Shown piece by piece: positions 39,431-47,083 of a stretch of 64,000 nucleotides of DNA (positions are counted from its first letter, which is position 1; each line of letters starts with the position of its first letter). Where the stretch lies: the NCBI GenBank assembly GCA_937885645.1, contig CALABJ010000018.1, forward strand, positions 72,203 to 136,202, given 5' to 3'. The notes beneath the pieces were generated by a model. That model was not told where the DNA came from. It did no database searches and saw nothing but the letters and a program-made list of their open reading frames with translations. The DNA comes from an uncultured Clostridia bacterium. GTDB lineage: Bacteria; Bacillota; Clostridia; Christensenellales; CAG-917. Both the position numbers and the translations under genes were made by a program.

Positions 39431-40840
39431 ATGTATAAGGTTCCTGAAGAATATTATTTTAGAATACACCACGTTCGTCCGCGCTTTAAAGGCGATATTG
39501 AAAATGTTTTATTATTTATGGCGACAGAAATTTCCAAAATGGAAGAAATGCCTGACAAAGATTTTGCTAACGAATTAAACAATGCCATTAGAAGATATCC
39601 TGGCAATGGTATAAGAGAAATTAAAACAATTAACAATTGGAGAACGGAAATATCTGCTTTATTTGGTTATTTCATTGTGGAAAATGGAATAACTCGCGCT
39701 GGTAAGCGCGCTATTGAATTGGCTCAAAAGGAGGATTTGGTAGAAGCGTTTAAGACTTTCCTTTATACTTTCCAATATCCAGGCGCACATATTAAAACTC
39801 ACGAAGTATTAAAGCAAATTGAAAAAGGTGTTCATTTTAAGCCTGCACAGTACATACTACAAGTACTAGATGAGGCGGAAAAGGATGCGAATGGTAGAGT
39901 TGGATTAACCAAAGAAGAAGTTTGCCATTGTATTTTTAACGATTTGAGAGCAACGGCGCAATTAGAAACCCCGTTGGATACTTGGAAAAGGATAAAACAT
40001 AATCGCGATTTGGAAATGGAATATGATTCTACAGGAGATGTCGTTCGATATGCTGGTGATATCGTGGATTATATGGAAATTGCAAACTTATTAGTTTCCC
40101 ACGATTGTCGTTGTTATTACAAAAACAAGCTTGAAAGTGAAACAATATTAAAGTTTATTAATTCATCCGAGTGGTATAGTGCTTATGATAAACTAATTCA
40201 AAAGAAAAGCGCAACGCTTGAAAATATCAAAGATTGCGTAGTTGGTTGGTTTAAGTATGTAAATAAGGATTTGGCGGATACTGACTTCACTACGGATATT
40301 TTAGCGTTTATTGCAAACGATACGGACGAATATAAAGACCTTCAAAAAAGTAAAGATGATATTTTTGAGAAGTTGTTGGGTGGAGAAGATATTAAGACTA
40401 AGGATATTGGAGATATCGGAGAAAGTCTTGTTCATTCTCACGAATGTCAGAGAATTAAAATTGGTGGACGTGGAGACCTTATTCATTTAATTAAACGAAT
40501 CCCTACTCAATTTGCCGTGGGTTATGATATACAGTCCGTTGAAATTGATGAAAGAAAGAGATACATTGAAGTAAAAACTACAATTAGCTCAAAACCTTTA
40601 CATTTCAATAAAATTCATCTTACTCCAAATGAATGGAGCACAGCAACTACAACTCGTGACCGTTATTTTGTTTATAGGCTTATGATAAGCAAGGTGGATA
40701 AAAAGTTGTATGTCATTCAAGACCCTGTTGGTTTGTATAAAAATGATATAATTGAAATGATACCTAAAAATGGTGCGGAGATTACGTTAAACGTAGATAC
40801 CGCAGGACAATATGAGGAGTTATTATCGTGGGCAAATTAA
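39431..40840 (+). CDS. Putative restriction endonuclease (C-terminal PD-(D/E)xK, DUF3883-like domain)
   Basis: 469-aa ORF squeezed between two m5C methyltransferase genes: 1-nt gap upstream, 13-nt overlap downstream. The C-terminus has GYDIQS...YIEVKTT (D...ExK) and ...RDRYFVYRL..., resembling DUF3883. The N-terminal ~330 aa are unrecognised. Confidence 0.55.
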   Translation: MYKVPEEYYFRIHHVRPRFKGDIENVLLFMATEISKMEEMPDKDFANELNNAIRRYPGNGIREIKTINNWRTEISALFGYFIVENGITRAGKRAIELAQKEDLVEAFKTFLYTFQYPGAHIKTHEVLKQIEKGVHFKPAQYILQVLDEAEKDANGRVGLTKEEVCHCIFNDLRATAQLETPLDTWKRIKHNRDLEMEYDSTGDVVRYAGDIVDYMEIANLLVSHDCRCYYKNKLESETILKFINSSEWYSAYDKLIQKKSATLENIKDCVVGWFKYVNKDLADTDFTTDILAFIANDTDEYKDLQKSKDDIFEKLLGGEDIKTKDIGDIGESLVHSHECQRIKIGGRGDLIHLIKRIPTQFAVGYDIQSVEIDERKRYIEVKTTISSKPLHFNKIHLTPNEWSTATTTRDRYFVYRLMISKVDKKLYVIQDPVGLYKNDIIEMIPKNGAEITLNVDTAGQYEELLSWAN

Positions 40841-41793
40841 AAGTAGCATCATTATTTTGTGGTTGTGGCGGTACTGATGTTGGTTTGTTAGGCGGATTTG
40901 ACTTTTTAGGCAAGAATTATCCTAATAATCCCGTAAAAATTGTATATGCGAACGACATTGACGATAATGCTTGTCGCATATTTGAAGAAAATTTTGGTAT
41001 TACGCCTGATAATCGTGATATTAGAGAAATAAAATCAGAAGAACTTCCCAATTTTGATATTTTGACAGGTGGTTTTCCTTGTCAATCGTTTTCTATTGTC
41101 GCTCAAAATCCTAAACGCTTAGGCGTTAAAGACGATAGAGGCAAGTTGTTTTTTGAAATGTGTCGCATTTTAAGAGATAAAAAGCCAAAATGTTTTATAG
41201 CAGAAAATGTAAAAGGCATTTTGTCCGCTAATGAAAAAAATGCATTTCCGTTAATTACTAAAGAATTTGAAGATAGCGGCTATAATGTATCTTATAAACT
41301 TCTCAATGCGGTTAACTTTGGCGTTCCACAAAAGAGAGAAAGAGTTATTATTGTCGGCATAAGAAAAGATTTAGGTTTCACATTCGACTTTAACGGTTTG
41401 CCGCAAGAAGGCGATTTCCCTATTGCTTCACTCTCTCAAGTAATAGAAAATAGTGTTCCTGAAAAATACTTCTTTAGTCAAAAAGCCGTTGACGGAATGA
41501 TGAGAAAAAGAGAAACTATGAACAAAGGTCGTGCTCAAGACATCACTCAACCTTGCAATACGGTTGGAGCACACCTTGCAAAAGTTTCGTTGAATAGTAC
41601 TGACCCCGTTTTAATGGTCGGAGAAAGATATAGAAGATTTACTCCGAGAGAAGTTGCTCGCATTCAGTCTTTCCCGGAAACTTTCAAATTGGTAGGTTCG
41701 GAATCGGCTCAATATAAGGCTTTAGGCAATGCTATTGCACCTGTTATGTTTTGGCATGTAGCAAATTCTGTATTAAAACGCTTAAAAGACTAA
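40828..41793 (+). CDS. DNA (cytosine-5)-methyltransferase 2
   Basis: GTG start. Motif I SLFCGCGG, IV GGFPCQSFS, VI ENVKG, VIII QKRERV and X GNAIAPV. Confidence 0.9.
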   Translation: MGKLKVASLFCGCGGTDVGLLGGFDFLGKNYPNNPVKIVYANDIDDNACRIFEENFGITPDNRDIREIKSEELPNFDILTGGFPCQSFSIVAQNPKRLGVKDDRGKLFFEMCRILRDKKPKCFIAENVKGILSANEKNAFPLITKEFEDSGYNVSYKLLNAVNFGVPQKRERVIIVGIRKDLGFTFDFNGLPQEGDFPIASLSQVIENSVPEKYFFSQKAVDGMMRKRETMNKGRAQDITQPCNTVGAHLAKVSLNSTDPVLMVGERYRRFTPREVARIQSFPETFKLVGSESAQYKALGNAIAPVMFWHVANSVLKRLKD

Positions 41794-41806
41794 AAAAGGA
41801 GGAATT

Positions 41807-42940
41807 ATGGAATATATTAATAAGGAAAGCAAAAAAGACATATTGGTGGAAAAAGAAGAAAGTGAACTTTTGCCAACAGTAAACATTCGGGATTATAAGT
41901 TTACAACTATGGGTGGTGACATCCAAATTAGACAGTTTGTTGACCAGCTTAATGAAGGAGATATTGAGATTCCCGATATACAACGCCATTACGTTTGGCC
42001 GCACCTTCAGGCCAGTCGTTTTATAGAGTCAGCATTGCTTGATTTGCCTTTACCTAGTGTTTTTTTATGCAAACAAAAAAATGGCAAATATTTAATCGTA
42101 GACGGGTTGCAAAGGCTTAGCACTCTAAAAATGTTTTTAAATATGGAAACAATTAATGGTAAAATATTTAAACTCAGCAATTCAAAAGAGATTTATGAAG
42201 ATTGGAGAGGTAAAACATTCGGAGAGCTATCTGTTGATGACAAACGAAAATTGAAAAATAAAACGATACACGCTATTATAGTTGAACAGCAAAACCCTGA
42301 AAATTATGATGGTTTATTCTTAATATTTGAAAGAATAAACTCGGGAGGGGTGCAATTAAATCAACAAGAGATCCGAAATGCTATATATCAGACGGATTAC
42401 AATAGCTTATTGGCAACAATAAATGAAGACCCACTATGGAGATCGTTTTTTGGAGATAAAAATTCTCACAAACGAATGAAAGATGTAGAGATGATTTTGC
42501 GCTTTTTTGCGTTGGTGGATCATCCTATTAAAAACACTGACACGGGAACAACTTCTTTTGTAGCACTCTTAAATAAACAGATGAACGAAAATAAGGATGT
42601 CACCCAAGAAAAAATGGAAGCATCAAAAGATAGATTTTTGGCAACTCTTAACAAGCTTCGAGACTTTTTCAATACTGATATTTTTAGAATGAACATTTCG
42701 GATAAAAATAAAGTTACAAAGAAGTTCTACGCTACCTTGTTTGATTCAATTATGATAGCCACGGATTATGCTCTTTTAAAGGACCCGAATATACATTCCA
42801 ATACAAGCAAACTGGAAGAATTGTTTAAAAATGATTTGTTCAAAGGATTTATAAATTCTCATACATCAGAAAACAAGTCGATCTTTGGGAGAATAAATTT
42901 GGCGTGTCAAATTTTGTACGGAATGAACTATGCAAGATGA
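41807..42940 (+). CDS. DUF262 (ParB-like/GmrSD N-terminal) domain protein
   Basis: IEIPDIQRHYVW and YLIVDGLQRLSTL motifs typical of DUF262. I saw no DUF1524/HNH-type C-terminal motif. Confidence 0.75.
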   Translation: MEYINKESKKDILVEKEESELLPTVNIRDYKFTTMGGDIQIRQFVDQLNEGDIEIPDIQRHYVWPHLQASRFIESALLDLPLPSVFLCKQKNGKYLIVDGLQRLSTLKMFLNMETINGKIFKLSNSKEIYEDWRGKTFGELSVDDKRKLKNKTIHAIIVEQQNPENYDGLFLIFERINSGGVQLNQQEIRNAIYQTDYNSLLATINEDPLWRSFFGDKNSHKRMKDVEMILRFFALVDHPIKNTDTGTTSFVALLNKQMNENKDVTQEKMEASKDRFLATLNKLRDFFNTDIFRMNISDKNKVTKKFYATLFDSIMIATDYALLKDPNIHSNTSKLEELFKNDLFKGFINSHTSENKSIFGRINLACQILYGMNYAR

Positions 42941-43490
42941 TTATGTAAATAAAATAAATGCTACATTAAAAGAGTTGCTTAGGATACGGAAAAAAATCAA
43001 TAAATTTCAAAGCTCGCCTCATTCTATCAATATGCTTCCTGATATAAATGTATATAAAAACTATGCTGTGATTTTAGCATACGGATGTATAGAAAATATA
43101 TCTAAAAATATTATTGCTGATTATTATAAAATTTCAACAATGCCTATGCGATGCCAAGAGTTTGCAGCACGATTATTGGGCGATAAGTATTCTCTGTCCG
43201 TTGACAAAGAGAGCTTTAAGAATTTCCTCAAAAAAGAATGTAGTAGCGAATGGTTTGAAGAGATGAAACGCCGAGAAAAAGCTGATTTGTTAGATAAGCG
43301 CTATAAAAGATGCAGATATTCGAAGATGTGGATGGCATTAAATTTTATCTTTCAAGAAAGGTGTAATTTTGCGCATGGCAAATCTTCTTATCAAGGGACA
43401 ATTAAGGAGCTGATTGATAATTTTTATTCTGCTAGATCGTGGTTGTATGAATTAGATAACATCGTTTCCTCGTCCAAATTGAATGGATAA
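42930..43490 (+). CDS. HEPN-like protein (Rx4H motif; MAE_28990/MAE_18760-like)
   Basis: 186-aa ORF overlapping the DUF262 gene by 11 nt. It contains QERCNFAHGK (R-x4-H), the HEPN catalytic signature. The family assignment is from memory. Confidence 0.5.
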   Translation: MQDDYVNKINATLKELLRIRKKINKFQSSPHSINMLPDINVYKNYAVILAYGCIENISKNIIADYYKISTMPMRCQEFAARLLGDKYSLSVDKESFKNFLKKECSSEWFEEMKRREKADLLDKRYKRCRYSKMWMALNFIFQERCNFAHGKSSYQGTIKELIDNFYSARSWLYELDNIVSSSKLNG

Positions 43491-43531
43491 ATACATCGGG
43501 CTATAGATATGAAAATCGGAGGGGGTAATTT

Positions 43532-43666
43532 ATGAACTGCAATTGTGCCATTTGTAATAACAATAGTCCATTTGACATGCCTAAAGAAATAGTAGAAGCG
43601 GCCGTAATGCTGCAATGGCTAAGAGCTTCCCTTTTGTATATTTGCCAAATTCAGGGCAAAATCTAA
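43532..43666 (+). CDS. Small Cys-containing ORF (44 aa), possibly 5' part of a frameshifted gene
   Basis: GGAGGGGG lies 7 nt upstream of the ATG. Translation: MNCNCAICNNNSPFDMPKEIVEAAVMLQWLRASLLYICQIQGKI. It overlaps the +1-frame ORF 43615-43797. Confidence 0.3.
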   Translation: MNCNCAICNNNSPFDMPKEIVEAAVMLQWLRASLLYICQIQGKI

Positions 43667-43865
43667 ACAATTTAAAGGCTTATAATCGTGAGTTGGCAAT
43701 GGCATCTTCAAAAAACAAACAATATCATAAAGCCGCAAAGATAATTGTTAATAAGTGCTGTGGTGAAGATATTATAGTACATCATCCACCCTATTAATGC
43801 CGTGGAATTGATATAAACAATCATCTATTAGACATTGACTTAATGTTCGAATATCTTTGATATTG

Positions 43866-43911
43866 CTCCACCAAAAGGACAAAACGGACAAACAAGTCCG
43901 TTTTTTCTTTT
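43866..43911 (+). repeat. Partial third copy of the ssrA 3' tip plus its downstream terminator
   Basis: ctccaccaaaaggacaaaacggacaaacaagtccgttttttctttt versus 44052-44097 ctccaccaaaagtacaaaacggacaatttagtccgttttttctttt. The 46-nt alignment has 4 mismatches, 3 of them in the hairpin loop. Confidence 0.7.
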
Positions 43912-44038
43912 GGCAGAGTGTGGGGATACACAACTACGTTGTGTGCAACTTTGTTGCTATGAACCACGGGGCCGGGCTGGCGCTCATTCGCCTGTGCAAG
44001 CACGCTCATTTCACTATTACAGCGCGCGGACGCGCCTA

Positions 44039-44060
44039 CAACTCCCCGCATCTCCACCAA
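44039..44060 (+). repeat. attR-side 22-bp direct repeat
   Basis: caactccccgcatctccaccaa is identical to 34454-34475. Confidence 0.85.
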
Positions 44061-44063
44061 AAG

Positions 44064-44129
44064 TACAAAACGGACAATTTAGTCCGTTTTTTCTTTTAAT
44101 AAAAAACCGAGATTGCTCTCGGTTTTTTG
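44064..44129. repeat. Double-hairpin terminator cassette, right copy (probable native ssrA terminator + terminator of the lipoprotein gene)
   Basis: acaaaacggacaatttagtccgtttttt followed by aaaaaaccgagattgctctcggtttttt. Inverted-repeat partner of 33322-33386. Confidence 0.7.
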
Positions 44130-44146
44130 TTTGAGATTAGGATTTG

Positions 44147-46822
44147 TTAGATTGTTTTTGTGAAGGTGATTGTGGCGGTGTCGCCGTTGATTGAGTCCAC
44201 AACAAAGTTGTAAACAAGAGCATTTCCGCTGTCGTCTGTGACTGCACCCATTGTGTCACCTGCGATATAGGTGAAAGTGTCGTTTGATGACTTTATATAC
44301 TCAATAAGGTTGTTTAAAGTACCGTATTGGTCAGATGAGTGGGTATTGTTGTTGTAGACGTCATAGTACGTTTCACCGTCATAAACCTCACGATAGAGGG
44401 AAGCATTGACGTGATAGACCACCACGCCGTCACGGGAGAAATAGCCGTAGTCATCACCTGCGTTGAGGCCTGTGTTGGTGTAGTACATAAGGACGTAATA
44501 TTCTTGATATGCACCAAGGTCATCAGACCAGTTGTTTGCGATGATGATGGTGTCACCTGTCTTGCCGAAATCGGTGAGAGTGAGGGTGACAGAGTCCTCC
44601 GCCACAACAAGGCGAGAGGGGGTAATCCAGCCGTAGTTGAACTTGGTGTAGGGGTTGTGGTCGCCGAACATAGCGTCCATCATATCTTTGCCGTCGAGGA
44701 GCAAATCCTCATTGACGTAAGCGGTGTCGTAGTAGTCGTCTGCACCGAGGACGTGGGCAAATTCGTGGACGTATGTGTAGGTGTTGAAGGCGGTGGTGCC
44801 GGTGTAGTCAACGTTGCCGTCCTCGTCGTAGGACTCATGCATAAATTGATATGACGCCCAGAGATAGTCGTTGGCACTGACACCGTCGTATTCGTAGTAA
44901 TATCCGTCCTCGTCCACGTGGGTGTTCCAATATCTATATGCCCAGTAGAAGTCGGCGGAGTCATCTATGTCGAGAGTGTGGATGATGACAACTGCATCAA
45001 TAATGGAGTTGCCGTCGCTGTCGAACTCGCTGAGATCCATAGTGGTGGCAAGATATTGAAGAGCCTCGTCAATGATCAGTTGATCGCCGTTCATACCGCC
45101 TTCAGCGTCAGTAGAGTTGGCGTAATATGTGCTGTTGTTTTCAGGTCTAAACCAACTGTCAAGGACGGTGAAGTCCAACGTCAATTGACCATAGCTTGAA
45201 ATGTTGAAATATTCATAGACAGAGTAGAATCCGTCAGTTGAATCATTGCTTTCAAATGCCTTTTTGATGAGGTCGATATCGTATCCTTTGCTTGATGCCG
45301 TCACGTCAGCAAAGTCCACGGGAATGACAAGCACCTTAGGTGTGCCAGTTGTGGGGCATCCGTCAAGATAATATCCTTGGTCGTGGACGTTTTTCACATT
45401 GGTTGCTTTGGAGAAGTCAATGTTATATACACCATTTGTGCCTGAGGGGAGACCAAGTCCGTTGTTGGTGATGAGGTCAACATCATCAGTGTTGCCACCG
45501 CCGGTGTTTCCGCCAGTATTTCCGCTGTCACCACTGCCGTCACCCTCGGTGTAGAGATAGACATAAAGATCAACCACATATCCGTCTTCGGTGTTGTAGT
45601 ATGCCACGTCAATGCAGATGTCGCCCTTGTCGTAGAAATACCAAGTGTCACCGTATTCATCTACGTCACTGCCAGAGAGCACGTATCCTGCGCTGACAAG
45701 AGCGGAGCGATATGCATTGTATTCCGCCTCGGTATTGCCGTAGGTGTAGAAGTTGACGCCGTTTTCACCTTCAAGGGTATATTCGTCAACGTAATATTCG
45801 TTGTTTGAGAGGAAGGGGATAGTTTCACCCACTTTTGCAATTATCGTTTGATTTTCAGATGCAGTGAAAGCGGTGTAGGTCTTTGTGTCACCAGTGTTTC
45901 CGCCAGTATTTCCGTTATCACCACTGCCGTCATCTTCGGTGTAAAGATAGACGTATGAGTCCACCACGTACTCGCCTTCATAATAGTAGAATGAGATGTC
46001 AATGCAGACGTCGCCTTTTTCGTAATAATACCAAGTGTCGCCATATTCATCTTCGCCGTCACCCACAAGGGTATAGCCTACGCTGACGATAGTTGTGCAG
46101 TATGCGTCAAATTCCGCTTTGGTATTGCCGAAGGTGTAGAAAGCGATGTATGTGCCGTATTCATCACTGCCCACCTCAACGTAGTATTCGTCGTTGGGGA
46201 GGAAGGGGATAGTCTCACCAACCAAGTTTGTCAGCATATCAACTTCACCAGAAGTGAAAGAGGTGTAGGTTTTGCCTGAGGGAGTATCACCGTCACTAGG
46301 GGTATCTCCGCCAGAGGGAGTATCATCGCCTCCGGGATTGTCACCGCCGGGAGTATCACCACCGCCGGGGGTATCTTCGGGGATAATGCGAAGTGTTGCA
46401 ACGGCGGTGATTGTGCCGTTTGAGTATGACATTTCAACACGGATGACATTTTTGTCCGCAAGTTCTTTTTCATAGATGTGCCAAGTCTTGCCACCGATAT
46501 CATCTATGTAGGCATCTTTATATTCATATCCTGTCATAAGACTGCGATATGTGATAAAATCGTCAACCTCCGCACCATTGATGGTGTAGGTGACTGCTTC
46601 AGCATTTCCCACAACAGAATACTCATTGCAGGGCAGGAAGGGGATAGTCTCACCGACCAAATCCACAAACGCCGCTTTTTCTTCATCGGTGAAATCGGTG
46701 TAGAGGTATGTAGGTGTGCCGTCAGCAGGATTGTCGTCTATTGGTTCGTCAACGGGGCTACAAGCCACAAAAAGGGACAAACCAATGAGGAATACAAGGA
46801 TAAGTGCAAGCAGTTTTTTCAT
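44147..46822 (-). CDS. Secreted lipoprotein: three tandem ~130-aa repeats plus C-terminal M6 (InhA-like) zinc metalloprotease domain
   Basis: ATG at 46822 preceded by GAGGTG. Signal peptide MKKLLALILVFLIGLSLFVAC. KVLVIPVDFAD and the HEXXH motif in VHEFAHVLGADDYYD (nt 44753-44767) resemble M6 peptidases. Confidence 0.7.
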   Translation of the reverse strand: MKKLLALILVFLIGLSLFVACSPVDEPIDDNPADGTPTYLYTDFTDEEKAAFVDLVGETIPFLPCNEYSVVGNAEAVTYTINGAEVDDFITYRSLMTGYEYKDAYIDDIGGKTWHIYEKELADKNVIRVEMSYSNGTITAVATLRIIPEDTPGGGDTPGGDNPGGDDTPSGGDTPSDGDTPSGKTYTSFTSGEVDMLTNLVGETIPFLPNDEYYVEVGSDEYGTYIAFYTFGNTKAEFDAYCTTIVSVGYTLVGDGEDEYGDTWYYYEKGDVCIDISFYYYEGEYVVDSYVYLYTEDDGSGDNGNTGGNTGDTKTYTAFTASENQTIIAKVGETIPFLSNNEYYVDEYTLEGENGVNFYTYGNTEAEYNAYRSALVSAGYVLSGSDVDEYGDTWYFYDKGDICIDVAYYNTEDGYVVDLYVYLYTEGDGSGDSGNTGGNTGGGNTDDVDLITNNGLGLPSGTNGVYNIDFSKATNVKNVHDQGYYLDGCPTTGTPKVLVIPVDFADVTASSKGYDIDLIKKAFESNDSTDGFYSVYEYFNISSYGQLTLDFTVLDSWFRPENNSTYYANSTDAEGGMNGDQLIIDEALQYLATTMDLSEFDSDGNSIIDAVVIIHTLDIDDSADFYWAYRYWNTHVDEDGYYYEYDGVSANDYLWASYQFMHESYDEDGNVDYTGTTAFNTYTYVHEFAHVLGADDYYDTAYVNEDLLLDGKDMMDAMFGDHNPYTKFNYGWITPSRLVVAEDSVTLTLTDFGKTGDTIIIANNWSDDLGAYQEYYVLMYYTNTGLNAGDDYGYFSRDGVVVYHVNASLYREVYDGETYYDVYNNNTHSSDQYGTLNNLIEYIKSSNDTFTYIAGDTMGAVTDDSGNALVYNFVVDSINGDTATITFTKTI
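45485..46714 (-). repeat. Intragenic tandem repeats (3 units) in the lipoprotein gene
   Basis: The units start (P/K)TY..FT...LVGETIPFL(P/S). Units 2 (45884-46273) and 3 (45485-45883) are clearly similar at protein level and each ends in GSGD(N/S)GNTGGNTG. Unit 1 is diverged and ends in a TPGGGDTPGGDNPGGDDTPSGGDTPSDGDTPSG linker. Confidence 0.8.
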
Positions 46823-47027
46823 AATGCACCTCATTTGTTTTTTTATATTGTAGCACAAATGAAGAAATATGGAAATATTTTTTTATCTTAGCGCGTACCA
46901 CCTGCGCGCGCAAAACATTATTCAAAAATTGAACCTACAATAGTGGAGAGTTTTATCTTCAAAACAGGGGATAAACCACTGAAAATGTTATATAAACCCA
47001 CAAAAACGATGAATAAAATTCATAATG

Positions 47028-47056
47028 TTGACAAAGCGGATATTTGGTTTTATAAT
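47028..47056 (+). promoter_or_regulatory. Consensus sigma-A promoter upstream of the ECF-S-like gene
   Basis: TTGACA (47028-47033), exactly 17-nt spacer, TATAAT (47051-47056). AAGGTG RBS before the ATG at 47084. Confidence 0.6.
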
Positions 47057-47083
47057 TTATCTATACTTTAAGAAGGTGATTTT

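Larger units (their letters stand above)
34475..44060. mobile_element. ~9.6-kb integrative element in ssrA (serine recombinase + HUH Rep + defence cargo)
   Basis: Bounded by exact 22-bp direct repeats. The recombinase gene is adjacent to the ssrA-proximal end. The interior is visibly more AT-rich than the flanks. It contains replication, R-M and DUF262/HEPN genes. Confidence 0.8.

Noticed and set aside
43990-44038. Extended homology between the tmRNA T-arm and the sequence left of the right-hand repeat
   Set aside because: Beyond the 22-bp exact repeat only scattered matches remain (GGAC..G...T). The T-stem is not preserved, so there is no evidence for a longer duplicated ssrA fragment.
43821-44134. 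ORFs 43821-44060(-), 43857-44099(+) and 43910-44134(+)
   Set aside because: They run through the terminator hairpins and the att repeat, are mutually overlapping, and have no RBS. The region is better explained as att/terminator repeats plus an orphan segment.
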